The notes under the pieces: model-generated
What the model saw: the letters and a program-made list of their open reading frames with translations, nothing else
Database searches by the model: none
What the model was told of the DNA's origin: nothing
Translations under genes and position numbers: made by a program
Part shown: piece after piece, positions 50,728 through 60,584 of the stretch
Layout of the letters: each line of letters opens with the position of its first letter
Position numbering within the stretch: position 1 is the stretch's first letter
IMG/VR virus record: IMGVR_UViG_3300041407_000094
Location: 17,123 to 81,122 of that record
Length of the DNA: 64,000 bases
Source: a virus
Reading direction: 5' to 3' (one strand)

Positions 50728-51238
50728 TAACTAACCCCTCCACTTCAATTGGAATTTCATTCATACAATATTTATATTCCAATGAACGTCTGATAACTAA
50801 TCCCTTAAGCATTTTCTTTTTCGCGTAAACCCATTTGGTCAGCTCTTGACAAGCCCCGTCATAGTCCTTTGCATTAAGTTTCTTAATCATTGTACTAGAT
50901 GAGAAATTACCAATACCGACATTATAAACAAATGATAGCATTGCAGCGTGTTGGTAATCAGACTTAAATGGAACCTTAACAACAGACATTAACTGCTTGT
51001 CATGTTTGATAAGATCATCAGCAAACACTTTGTCACATTGGTCAACTGTAAAGGTTTGCCCAAGCTTAAGTTCTGGTCCTGTGTGGCCTCTACAACTTGT
51101 AACGATGTTCACAGGATCTAAGTAGGTTTTAGTTATAAGACCCTCGCTAGGTGCAATAAGGAAGGAGCCAGAAAGGGCTAACGCAGTGCCCAAACCAACC
51201 CCAAGGAGCTTTTTATACAAATTAGAGTTGGTGATCAT
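50708..51238 (-). CDS. endolysin, T4/GH24-type lysozyme with probable SAR anchor
   Basis: G/A-rich hydrophobic N-terminus, SEG.....YLDPV...T.C.GHT catalytic E-D-T, SFVYNVG.G, GL..RR..E. Confidence 0.92.
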   Translation of the reverse strand: MITNSNLYKKLLGVGLGTALALSGSFLIAPSEGLITKTYLDPVNIVTSCRGHTGPELKLGQTFTVDQCDKVFADDLIKHDKQLMSVVKVPFKSDYQHAAMLSFVYNVGIGNFSSSTMIKKLNAKDYDGACQELTKWVYAKKKMLKGLVIRRSLEYKYCMNEIPIEVEGLVNETKGK

Positions 51239-51243
51239 TAATC

Positions 51244-51711
51244 CTACATCCCTTCAGTTGGTTGCACAGGCCACACCACTTCTGTAGGCCAATTAGCTTG
51301 AGCAGTTACTCGTCCCAGCAGTACACCGTAAGTTTTCCAAGCTTTAAGTTGAAGAACCCTTACTGGAAGTTCAGCTTCCTCTTCTTCAGTTGCCATCTCA
51401 AGTTCAATAGCATCATTGATTGTACTGACACGATTAGCGAGTGCAGTCTTCTGTACAATCGAAACTTGTGTAAGGCCTTGAAGTTTAATGGTTTGACTGG
51501 CGAGGATTTCCTCTGGAGTAGGAGGGGGAGCTACATACTCAGTAAAGGACCAAGATGTCCCTACTTGTGTAGCCACCCACCCTTGTTTAATATCCTGAAC
51601 GTTAGTTACATCTACCCATATAAATTCAGGAACAAATATAGTGCTAATATCTAGGTCTGTTTCTAACAACTCTTTAACTAGAGAGTCTTCGATTAGTGCA
51701 TACATAGTCAT
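51244..51711 (-). CDS. tail fibre assembly chaperone
   Basis: DAIELEMAT.EE...L.AWK.Y..LL.RV...WP..P pattern. Confidence 0.8.
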   Translation of the reverse strand: MTMYALIEDSLVKELLETDLDISTIFVPEFIWVDVTNVQDIKQGWVATQVGTSWSFTEYVAPPPTPEEILASQTIKLQGLTQVSIVQKTALANRVSTINDAIELEMATEEEEAELPVRVLQLKAWKTYGVLLGRVTAQANWPTEVVWPVQPTEGM

Positions 51712-52661
51712 TACATATACTCCTGTACAATAATAATCCCAGCACCACCTACACCTCCCGGAGCACCGCCACCGGGGTTATTCTGAGTAATAGCACCAGA
51801 GCCACCAGAACCATAAAGGCCAATATCACCAGAGTTAGTTGTACCGGAACGTGGAGAGCCACCACCAGAGAACTGACTTCTTCCACCAAACCCTGAAATA
51901 CCGTTACCGAAAATAGTTAGTAGGGCAGAGCCGCCGGCACTGCCTTTGGAATTGAACAAGTTACCACCACTAGCAGTGCCGCCCGCAGGTGGGGATATTT
52001 GAACAGGGAATGTTGACGTTGCGTTAATGGTCACACCCGCCCCACCACCAGATGTAGACAAAACACCTGCGAAAGAGGAAGCACCACCCGCGGCATTAGC
52101 AGCTCCACCAGTACCTACAACGTAGCTTACACCGGAGAATGCACTAGTCAGGAATGATTGAGAGAAGCCTCCTGCACCACCGCCACTACCCGCAGAGCTT
52201 GCACCTGCGCCAGTCGCATCGGCTGAACCACCACCACCACCACCAGCTTGAACACTAACAAGAATAGCTCGTGTACCTGGAGTTGGTGTGTAAGTGCCAC
52301 TAGAAGTGAAGACACGAGTTGCAAGAAGGCCACCACTGAGTGCTTTGGACCAGTAAACAAAAGTAGTATCTGTTACAGGGTTTTGACCGGTGTGAGTTTG
52401 AATAGCCTTATAAAGCAACCCATCACTGCCCTGAACATAGCTCTTACCAGCTTGATACTCTGTAACAACATCCCATACAGAAATACCGTGTTGCAGAATA
52501 TGAGCAATGGCCTGATCTTGACGATTCTGTGACCAGTTTTCCCATTGGAAAGGGGGTACTTCAGCAGTCCACCCAGTTTGTACTTTTACATTACTTGGGG
52601 CTACAATAGCACCCCCGGAAGACCACAAATAAGTGTAGTCAGGTTTATTAATCTCAGGCAA
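51711..52661 (-). CDS. tail fibre (Gly-rich C-terminus)
   Basis: GWTAEVPP.QWENW N-terminus; FTSSGTYTP..GGGGG...GIIIVQEY Gly-rich domain. Confidence 0.85.
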   Translation of the reverse strand: MPEINKPDYTYLWSSGGAIVAPSNVKVQTGWTAEVPPFQWENWSQNRQDQAIAHILQHGISVWDVVTEYQAGKSYVQGSDGLLYKAIQTHTGQNPVTDTTFVYWSKALSGGLLATRVFTSSGTYTPTPGTRAILVSVQAGGGGGGSADATGAGASSAGSGGGAGGFSQSFLTSAFSGVSYVVGTGGAANAAGGASSFAGVLSTSGGGAGVTINATSTFPVQISPPAGGTASGGNLFNSKGSAGGSALLTIFGNGISGFGGRSQFSGGGSPRSGTTNSGDIGLYGSGGSGAITQNNPGGGAPGGVGGAGIIIVQEYM

Positions 52662-52680
52662 TTTATTTATTCCTAACTAG

Positions 52681-52992
52681 TTATTCGGGCTTTGGGTACT
52701 TGTCTTTGATGGCTTGAAGTTTTTCAGTCATGTCTTTAGGGAAAAGACCTGCTGCAAACAGTGCGTCTAGCTGGTCACCAATGGAGGGGTATTCAGCTTT
52801 ACGGAGGTAATAGTAGTCGTCGGCATGACGGATACGTCCTTTTGCGTCATGGACATATTCTACGTCTTCTTCAACAGTACCTTCTGGTATGGGGTTGGTA
52901 ATAACTTCATTACCTTCCTCGTCCAAAGAGATGCAATAATCCCAATCCCCAACGTTAATGATTTGTCCATTAAGTGTAAATACCTTACTCAT
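52681..52992 (-). CDS. tail-associated chaperone-like protein
   Basis: INVGDWDY...NPIPEG and RKAEYPSIGDQLDAL...IKDKYPK motifs. Confidence 0.6.
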   Translation of the reverse strand: MSKVFTLNGQIINVGDWDYCISLDEEGNEVITNPIPEGTVEEDVEYVHDAKGRIRHADDYYYLRKAEYPSIGDQLDALFAAGLFPKDMTEKLQAIKDKYPKPE

Positions 52993-54980
52993 TTAGCCAC
53001 CCATCCTGTGTTACCTACACCAGACTCTTTTATATATAAAGTAGTTACTGCTCCACCATCCGAACGAAGCCACTGAGAACCCACAGGAGCAGTAACAACT
53101 CCTTCCGGGGTTCCAGTTCCTCCTGATACTAGTTGCGTACCTGCTCCAATAAATAGCTGACGACTATACGTAGAAGCTGCTCTGAATGATGCCGACCCGA
53201 AAGAGGACGCGTTATCTACAGTGTGTCGTATAATACCGGGGTTAGTCATTGTCCCATCACTGAGACTGGCAACTCCCGATACAGACAGTTGAACAGTACC
53301 TGACGCAAACCTTCGAATTATTGGGGCTGCGTTAGAAACCGAGTAAATCCCAGCATTCGTATTGTCTATAGTTAGGTTGCCAGAGGATGTTACTGCCCCG
53401 GCTTCCGTGACACTAAAACGGCTAGTAAAGGTACTGTCGTACAGACGAAATACCTGCCCTGAACGAAGACGAATCCCATAAGATGTTGAAAAATTAGGAC
53501 GCTCCCATTCACTATCCTGAGCAGTTTCTGGGTTGAATACGCCCGGAGTCGCAAAAGTGTAGCGAGAAGTGGTGAGGCTGGAGTCTTTAGTAAAGTACGG
53601 AGAATAGTCAACTGCATATTTAGTATTGCTGTGTTCAAAGACTGCGCCAGAGTTAGCTGTAGCGACCATCCGAGAGCCAACAGAACCTGCGAGGAACGAT
53701 CCACTAACTTTAATTTCTTTCGATTCAGCATAGCAACCGAGGTGAAGAATCTCACTACAATAATCAGTGATGACGTTAATATCGTCACGACCCATACGGG
53801 TGCAATTGAGAAACTGAATCCCTCGAAGTACAGTAGATCCATCCATTTCCAAAGATGCGGAAGGAGATGAAAAAGGTGTCGTTAGAAAGCTCGATGTAGC
53901 CAAGTGTAGAGATTGATGGTTCAAGCTTCGAATGAAACAATTGATGAAGTCTGTACCAGCAAAGCCGTAGTTTGTGGAGCCTACAGCATCACGAGGGGCT
54001 CTGATAGAAACACCACGAAACCCACCGAAAGAGCAGTTCAATGCCTGCCCCAGCTCACACTGGGGGACCTGTCCATCCCCAATATCTGAAGAAGTTACTA
54101 GTAGGCCCGACTTTCTCCAATGACCATCAACGACTACGTTTTCGGTTTGCCAACCCGATGCATTACGGCACCAAACACCAACATCCCACTCATCAGAAAG
54201 GCGTCCGTCTGTGCCATCATATCCAGTCAAGCCATCAAACCATGGAATGATCCCCATATCCTTTAGTCTGGAACCTTTATCTAGAATAACACCAGCGCTG
54301 AAAGGAACAGTTAAATCAAGCGTGGCATATGTATTACCCCGTGTACCAGAGTCGGCAAGATAAGCAGCTCCACTGTCAGGATTAGCAACAGAGATAGATG
54401 TAGCATTTGCAATTGAAAAGGTCTTTGTACCCACACCCTTAAAAAGTAGCCCACCTTTAGGACGTTTTTCATAGCCCTTGCCGAGACTCCTTAGTGTTAC
54501 ACCTTTAGGGACTACAATAGTTGATGACACAACACTTATGCCGGGGATAAAGACCTCCCCTCCACCTACCAAGTCTATGAAGGCTATAGCATTAACTAGT
54601 GCTGTTGTGTCATCAACTACACCATCTACAACACCACCAAAACTTTTAATGTTGGCGCTGTTTAGTCTATTAAATGCTACTAAGGATGTTCCATTAAACT
54701 GGTATTCCAACCCACTTGTCCTATCAGTAACAACAAACCACTTAGGAGTTGGGCTAGAGTAGCGCTGACCATCAACATCAAAATAAAGACGATTGTCAAG
54801 AGTAAGAAAGTAAGCCTTGCCATTTACAATAGCTGGCAGGCTTCCGACAATTCCGTCAATATTCCGATCAAACAGATAGGAGAACTTAACCAAGTTTGCA
54901 TCCATATCATCGTTCCAGCCGGATGACCCGTAGGGCCAACCAAAGTTTGCTTCTACGAATGGGGAAATTTCAGCAGCCAT
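52989..54980 (-). CDS. tailspike / putative polysaccharide depolymerase
   Basis: NIKSFGGV.DGV.DDT.AL..AI...GGGEVFIPG beta-helix entry motif; C-terminal GTPEGVVTAPVGS...GNTGW. Confidence 0.8.
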   Translation of the reverse strand: MAAEISPFVEANFGWPYGSSGWNDDMDANLVKFSYLFDRNIDGIVGSLPAIVNGKAYFLTLDNRLYFDVDGQRYSSPTPKWFVVTDRTSGLEYQFNGTSLVAFNRLNSANIKSFGGVVDGVVDDTTALVNAIAFIDLVGGGEVFIPGISVVSSTIVVPKGVTLRSLGKGYEKRPKGGLLFKGVGTKTFSIANATSISVANPDSGAAYLADSGTRGNTYATLDLTVPFSAGVILDKGSRLKDMGIIPWFDGLTGYDGTDGRLSDEWDVGVWCRNASGWQTENVVVDGHWRKSGLLVTSSDIGDGQVPQCELGQALNCSFGGFRGVSIRAPRDAVGSTNYGFAGTDFINCFIRSLNHQSLHLATSSFLTTPFSSPSASLEMDGSTVLRGIQFLNCTRMGRDDINVITDYCSEILHLGCYAESKEIKVSGSFLAGSVGSRMVATANSGAVFEHSNTKYAVDYSPYFTKDSSLTTSRYTFATPGVFNPETAQDSEWERPNFSTSYGIRLRSGQVFRLYDSTFTSRFSVTEAGAVTSSGNLTIDNTNAGIYSVSNAAPIIRRFASGTVQLSVSGVASLSDGTMTNPGIIRHTVDNASSFGSASFRAASTYSRQLFIGAGTQLVSGGTGTPEGVVTAPVGSQWLRSDGGAVTTLYIKESGVGNTGWVAK

Positions 54981-55000
54981 ATATTTTATTCCTTAATTCT

Positions 55001-55807
55001 TTATATAAGTGAGGCGTACACGCCACCATCACCAAGTGTGAAATCACTGTCGCCGTATCCAATACCGTACCCTGCACCATAACCATAAGTGCCGGACAAT
55101 AAATCTCCATAACCTTTAGCTCCCGGAACACCTTGGAATGCAAAGGCACCCCCTGAAATATATGTCCCATAGTTAACTCTTACACCAATCGGCTTAGGCA
55201 CAAATCTAGAAGGATATCCACTTGAATAACTTACATAAGTGAGGAGCACTGTTTCAAAGTTACTTAACTCTTTGCCAATAAGAAGGGTGTATGCAGCATC
55301 GCCTTCTTCAATCAGTTGGTTATTGTCACTACCAAACACAAAGTTAATAAACTCAAGTATTTGATTTGGTGTAGCATTGGTATTATTCTTTATAATCTTG
55401 GCTTTAATGAAAAGCCTATATTGTTCATCAGTTAGGAGTGTGTTACCAGCAAGAGGGTCATCAACGCCCCTATACGGACCACCAACAGATGAATTATCCA
55501 AATCACCAAAAGACTGAGCATCTGGATAGCCAAGGTAGGCGAAGTATGTCAAGAGAGCTGTATCAATAAGCTCTCTTGGTTGTCCTACGATATCACCAAC
55601 GATATCTAATTGAGCACCAACGGCAGTATCAATAGAGCGCTCTTGCATCAACTGACGGAAGACTTCTTGAAGTTCGATCTTCCCACCGAGGAGGAGTTGG
55701 AGATATTTGTCAAACGTAGGTGCAGACTCTTGGCGAAATTGTTCAGTCGTTCTAGATCTGGCAACTTCTAGATAATCTTCTATATTGAATAAATTGAGTT
55801 CTGACAT
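55001..55807 (-). CDS. baseplate protein (DUF2612-like)
   Basis: IDTAVGAQLDIVGDIVG.PR, LTDEQYRLFIKAKI..N. Confidence 0.8.
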   Translation of the reverse strand: MSELNLFNIEDYLEVARSRTTEQFRQESAPTFDKYLQLLLGGKIELQEVFRQLMQERSIDTAVGAQLDIVGDIVGQPRELIDTALLTYFAYLGYPDAQSFGDLDNSSVGGPYRGVDDPLAGNTLLTDEQYRLFIKAKIIKNNTNATPNQILEFINFVFGSDNNQLIEEGDAAYTLLIGKELSNFETVLLTYVSYSSGYPSRFVPKPIGVRVNYGTYISGGAFAFQGVPGAKGYGDLLSGTYGYGAGYGIGYGDSDFTLGDGGVYASLI

Positions 55808-56899
55808 CTAGATTGGTCCCCAAAATAAGTGGTCCATCTGAAGGACGTCTTTAGTGAATAACTCAGTATTACCCGTCTGTAAGATTTTTACACCTTTCGG
55901 ACGGTATTCCTTGTAGAGTTTGAGAATATTTCTTTCGGCCAATAGCGCATCTGCACCATTATCAAACAGGTGGCAGTAAAGAGTTGTAAGTTTTCCTCTG
56001 TCTTTTGCTGGAAACCTTTCTCTAATACTTAGGTTTGTAATACCAACTTTCCAGTAAGTCTCGCCTTCATATTCAACTCGTAAGTAGTATAAGTTTCCCG
56101 GCTTACTGGGGTCAAAACCAGTTACTGCGCATCCCGGACAACCTCTCTTCTTTAAGTTAGAAGGTGTTGCATCCCATTCAGTTTTGCAGATTTGACACTC
56201 ACAAGACAAGTGGGTCTGAGAGTTTACATACTCCCCTGACACCTTTATTTGTTTTCCTTGTGAATCCAGACGGGCTTGTATTGATTCTAAATCAGACTTC
56301 TTAAGGTGAGAGCAATTGTAGCAACCATGTAATCTTATATGCAGTGGTATCTTACTGTCTTCATAACCACAAACATTGCACATGAAATCAATGTGAGATT
56401 TATGATTGGTGAAGTTAGACAGCAAGGTGAAGTCCTTACCCATAGCTCTAAGATCTTCAATTAATTCAAGGTGGCCTAATTTAGACTTCTCTTGTTTTTC
56501 AATTGCTCTGCAACCTTGGCAATAAAAAGTACCACATCTAAGGTAGCCAGCCGTGGTCATCCACTGGTAATTACACAGTGTGCAAACAGCATTAAACTTT
56601 TCTTTGGAGTTACGATACGGACCGAAAACTACGACATTCTTATCTTTAGCGTTAAGCTCTTCTTGAAGTTCTTCTAGTGGCACGATAGCCCGCCCTACAC
56701 ATCTTGCACAACGAGTACCCTTTACTAGATTACAAGGGGTGGCTTCCCAAGTATACCCACATACTGGACACAGGCATTCAATATCATGCCCAGATTTTGT
56801 AAACTCAGACATAATAATTACTGTGCTGCCCCTCAGTATTAACTCTTCTTGAAGCAGATCTTTTGTACAAACCCTATCCCAATCTAATATCTTAGCCAT
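55808..56899 (-). CDS. zinc-finger-repeat endonuclease with GIY-YIG-like C-terminus
   Basis: Four CxxC...CxxC repeats; LYYLRV.....WKVGIT...ERF...E; inserted between baseplate genes. Confidence 0.75.
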   Translation of the reverse strand: MAKILDWDRVCTKDLLQEELILRGSTVIIMSEFTKSGHDIECLCPVCGYTWEATPCNLVKGTRCARCVGRAIVPLEELQEELNAKDKNVVVFGPYRNSKEKFNAVCTLCNYQWMTTAGYLRCGTFYCQGCRAIEKQEKSKLGHLELIEDLRAMGKDFTLLSNFTNHKSHIDFMCNVCGYEDSKIPLHIRLHGCYNCSHLKKSDLESIQARLDSQGKQIKVSGEYVNSQTHLSCECQICKTEWDATPSNLKKRGCPGCAVTGFDPSKPGNLYYLRVEYEGETYWKVGITNLSIRERFPAKDRGKLTTLYCHLFDNGADALLAERNILKLYKEYRPKGVKILQTGNTELFTKDVLQMDHLFWGPI

Positions 56900-56935
56900 C
56901 CTGTCAACCTTTAGTTAGCTCAGTAAAATATCAAA

Positions 56936-58375
56936 TCAAGTGATGATAATGTTTGAAGTGGATATTGAAGCAATCGAGTCAAAACTGACGGGAATGTTCG
57001 TGGTTCCACTCGGGCTGGGGCTTGTCCCAATGAATAAGCTATTCACTTCGTGTCCTTGGACCGAATTTATTGGGGTATATAACCTGCTGTAGATAACATC
57101 ATCTCCAGTTCCGAAATTGTCGATGAAGAACTGGGCAATCGAACTCTTGATGGCATCATTCCCATTAGCTGGGAAGTTCACATCAGTTGTGATATCCATA
57201 CTAATGTAGACTACAACCGGATTAGGACGAGAGAAACTAATATCATGAGCAAAACCTTGGACATCACTTATGCTTACAGTGGTGTTACCATAGCTCAAAA
57301 TACCAACAGGTTTGTTATCCCAAATAGCATTAGCAATGTCTGTAGACAAGCCACCGGAAACAATAGGAAGGAAGCTGTGGGCAGGGACACCATTACCGTC
57401 TACAACACTTGTATCATTCTCATAGATAGTAACTTCACTAACATTATCAAGATTGATAAGAGCAGAGTAGATAGCATCCAGTGTGTTAGTTGCACGATCA
57501 AACTTACCGTTACGAAAGCGTAGACGAAGTTGCTCGTCTGTCTCACGATCTTCACCGGGAGTAGCTGCAACAGGGTTGATTACACTATCCCAACCAAGCA
57601 TTGGTGTGAGGATGGTATCAATAGTGTTTGCAGGCTGTTCAATGATTCCAGATTCTACAGCAACAACTTCACCAACGGTACGTACTTTGTTAATGCCAAG
57701 ATTAACAGAAGTAGTAAAGTTTACAGTTTGGAAGATATCATTGCGATCAATTACAAGAGTCGTTCCAACAACAGAGGAGGTCAGTGTTGGGTGAGCACCA
57801 GCAATAACACTTTGCAATCCAGCCAAGATTTCAGCAACAGTAGCACTGGCATCAGATGTGTATGTGATGGTGTTAGAGGTTGTTGTATTGGCATATGTGA
57901 TGGTGTAAGCTGTGCTATTCTGTAATGTGACAACAGATACGGTTATACCACTAGCGCTGCTGGGAGATAGAGAAATAGCGCCAACTGTGGTGAATTGCTC
58001 ACCAGTAGTAGAGCTACTTACAGTTTGTCCTACAGGGATTAGCGTGTTAGTGTCGCCAGCAACTAGAATAGAAGAGGTGGTAAAGGTTTGTTCTTTGCGG
58101 GTAATGCCTGCGTATGCTACAAGGTTATCAAGAGCAATGCCTGTTGCGGAGTTTGGGTCAAAGGCTGCATATACTTCTTGAGCAGCTTCCCATAGGTCAG
58201 CCTCACTTGGAGCAGCTAGGGAGATGAGGCGACCTAGTGCGGAAGAGTCCGAGACGTCTACGTTATCTTGAGGCTGAACAAGGTCTTGAAAGAGTTGTAC
58301 AGCCAGCGCCCTGTCATCAGCAAGGATATCAGCTAGCCTTTTAATTACAAAACCGGCATCGGTCAAACCTGCCAT
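56936..58375 (-). CDS. baseplate J-like wedge protein
   Basis: FDPNSATG.ALD, G.DRETDEQLR.R, ENDT...D.NGVPAHS, KPVGI..YG. Confidence 0.9.
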   Translation of the reverse strand: MAGLTDAGFVIKRLADILADDRALAVQLFQDLVQPQDNVDVSDSSALGRLISLAAPSEADLWEAAQEVYAAFDPNSATGIALDNLVAYAGITRKEQTFTTSSILVAGDTNTLIPVGQTVSSSTTGEQFTTVGAISLSPSSASGITVSVVTLQNSTAYTITYANTTTSNTITYTSDASATVAEILAGLQSVIAGAHPTLTSSVVGTTLVIDRNDIFQTVNFTTSVNLGINKVRTVGEVVAVESGIIEQPANTIDTILTPMLGWDSVINPVAATPGEDRETDEQLRLRFRNGKFDRATNTLDAIYSALINLDNVSEVTIYENDTSVVDGNGVPAHSFLPIVSGGLSTDIANAIWDNKPVGILSYGNTTVSISDVQGFAHDISFSRPNPVVVYISMDITTDVNFPANGNDAIKSSIAQFFIDNFGTGDDVIYSRLYTPINSVQGHEVNSLFIGTSPSPSGTTNIPVSFDSIASISTSNIIIT

Positions 58376-58385
58376 ATGATATCCT

Positions 58386-58760
58386 TTAATTTAATGGTTC
58401 AATTACGATAGGGGCTGTGACCTCTCCTGTGACAACACGGACGCTGAAAGAAAGAGAGTATTTACGATTTACAAAAGTGGAGTTGAAAGTTACTATTTCT
58501 TTCACCCCCTCTTCTGCAAGAATCTGTTGTTGGAAAATAAGATCAGCAGCAGCTTTAGAAGTTTGCTTCTGGCCCAGAAGTCTGGAAAAGTAGGGAACCC
58601 CGTAGACTGTATTAATAAACCACTCACCATAAAATGTGAGAAGTCTAATTTTCAAGCGCTGTCCAACCGTTTCGGTTAAGGGCTGGGTGGTTTCCTCTTT
58701 TCTCAGTGGGCCATTCCGCCAAATTATGTCCCAACTGGTGGAGTCTAATTTGAAGTCCAA
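58386..58760 (-). CDS. baseplate wedge / sheath initiator (gp25-like)
   Basis: QRLKIRL..FYGEWF.N..YGVPY motif; position upstream of baseplate J. Confidence 0.75.
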   Translation of the reverse strand: MDFKLDSTSWDIIWRNGPLRKEETTQPLTETVGQRLKIRLLTFYGEWFINTVYGVPYFSRLLGQKQTSKAAADLIFQQQILAEEGVKEIVTFNSTFVNRKYSLSFSVRVVTGEVTAPIVIEPLN

Positions 58761-58764
58761 AGTG

Positions 58765-58793
58765 TTGACTCCTTTTAAATAACTTGATATAAT
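58765..58793 (+). promoter_or_regulatory. near-consensus sigma70 promoter, antisense to the late operon
   Basis: TTGACT-17-TATAAT with extended TG. Confidence 0.8.
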
Positions 58794-58821
58794 CTTCTCT
58801 CATATTTTATAAGGAAAAGAG

Positions 58822-59802
58822 ATGAATTTTTACAAAGGTAATATTGAGGATTTAAGTCACGACAGCGTTTCACATAAAACGTTTGGTGAGAGCAGTCAAA
58901 TAACGGTTTTAGGTCATTTTCAAGAAGGCTACAAGAAAACTTATATTGTCAGATGTTCAATTTGTATAGAAGATCCTGAACTTTATCAGAAGGGCTTGTT
59001 TATGTGCTCAAGAACATACGTAAATGGACTTAAACTACCCTGCGGTTGTTCTTCTGTACCGAAGTGGAATGTTGATCAACAATATATCCGTGTACTGAGG
59101 GCTTGTTCTGAAATGGGATGTACTATAGTTACAGATTTTGATAAACTAAATTACGAAAACCAGTACACTAAAATTACTGTCTGCTGTAAGTTGCATGGAG
59201 AAAGGACTGTACCTATTGCATCTATAACTAGTAAAAGACGTTGCCGTAAATGTGTTCAGGAAGAATCTTCTCTGTCTCTTAGAAAACCTGACAACATTAT
59301 GATCCAAGGCTTTCTAGAATCAGGTGCTTTCCACCCAGAAACAATCTTTTATCGTAGCGAAAGGAAAACTTCACAAGGCTGTAAAAATTATTGGTGGGTT
59401 GATTGTCCGGTGTGTGGGTATTCCGGTGAAGCTATTAGTGGGGATCTAAAGAAAGGTAATCAGCCATGTCAATGTATAAAGAATCAAAGACAATCTTATA
59501 TTAATCTTGTATCCGATGGTGATCTTCCAGTTGCAATTAAGTTTGGTATTGCAAAGGATTTTAAATCAAGAATTCCACGGCAAAATAAGCGCTCAGTCTA
59601 TACCGTTACTAACTTAAAGGCTTGGGAATTTCCCACTAAAGAGTCTTGTATTTTAGCAGAACTTGAATGTAAACAAAGACTTAACTGTGGAATTCTACAA
59701 AGAGAAGAAATGCCTGATGGATTTAGTGAAACCACATATGTTTATAACTTAGATAAAATTTCTGAAATCTTTGAAAAACACGGTGGTGTCACTATTCACT
59801 AG
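58822..59802 (+). CDS. zinc-finger homing endonuclease (Hef/GIY-YIG-like), inverted
   Basis: CSIC, PCGC, C..HG, CRKC, CPVC; YINLV.D....AIKFGIA.....R....N...E..CK; DG.SETT. Confidence 0.75.
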   Translation: MNFYKGNIEDLSHDSVSHKTFGESSQITVLGHFQEGYKKTYIVRCSICIEDPELYQKGLFMCSRTYVNGLKLPCGCSSVPKWNVDQQYIRVLRACSEMGCTIVTDFDKLNYENQYTKITVCCKLHGERTVPIASITSKRRCRKCVQEESSLSLRKPDNIMIQGFLESGAFHPETIFYRSERKTSQGCKNYWWVDCPVCGYSGEAISGDLKKGNQPCQCIKNQRQSYINLVSDGDLPVAIKFGIAKDFKSRIPRQNKRSVYTVTNLKAWEFPTKESCILAELECKQRLNCGILQREEMPDGFSETTYVYNLDKISEIFEKHGGVTIH

Positions 59803-60584
59803 TTAGTACTCGGGCCAGATGTCCCAGAGCCTGTGGTCACGCCGGTATGTTTATGTAGATTAATATTAATACTATTAAGTACATAAGTACCGGTCTGAGT
59901 ATAATTTCCGACTTGAGTAATATTACCTTGAAAGGTCAAATCACCTATCCAAAGTGCCGAAGCTGCATCAACAGTCAAACTTGGAGTATTCAGATTCAAA
60001 CTAGTGGCAGCATTAATAGTAATGTCGGAACCTTCAATAATAATCGGCATGTTACTTGTTGTAATCCCAATACTACCATCAACTTTAATTCTAACTTCAG
60101 CCTCGACGCCACCTAAGTTACCAAAGATTACGGTATCTTTCGGATCATGAGTAAGAACATGCTTTGCTGGGTTATTCACAGCAACCCCGGGGGGTTGAAT
60201 ACCCGGAAGAAAGATGGCATCCCCCTTATCCATCTTGGCAAAGTTCATAGGACTTGCCGGTCTGCCGTTACCAGCCTTCCAACCATCCATGTTTCTCATA
60301 GAGAACATTGCTGTGCCAGTATCACCAACTTCAATTGGAAAAGTGAAGCCAGCTTTCTTGGACACTTGAAACGATACAGGAACACCGGGAATAACCGCAC
60401 GTTCTTTAACTGTACCATCTTGTTCTTTTTGGTTAATGGTAGGTTGTATATCCACCATTTGACCATTCAACCCATCTCTTACAGCAACCACAATACATGG
60501 GATGATGGTGTACTTATTGTTCATGAGACTATCAAAAGCTCCTGTCATAGTACTTTGAATAGCTGAGGTAACTTCTGCACTCAT
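59799..60584 (-). CDS. baseplate spike (gpV/gp138-like)
   Basis: VDIQP, VPV.F, FPIEVGD.G..MFS.R..DGW; C-terminal HKHTGV iron-binding tip. Confidence 0.88.
   Translation of the reverse strand: MSAEVTSAIQSTMTGAFDSLMNNKYTIIPCIVVAVRDGLNGQMVDIQPTINQKEQDGTVKERAVIPGVPVSFQVSKKAGFTFPIEVGDTGTAMFSMRNMDGWKAGNGRPASPMNFAKMDKGDAIFLPGIQPPGVAVNNPAKHVLTHDPKDTVIFGNLGGVEAEVRIKVDGSIGITTSNMPIIIEGSDITINAATSLNLNTPSLTVDAASALWIGDLTFQGNITQVGNYTQTGTYVLNSININLHKHTGVTTGSGTSGPSTN

Noticed and set aside
51760-52260. ACC-rich tandem repeats
   Set aside because: They simply encode the Gly runs of the tail fibre on the minus strand.
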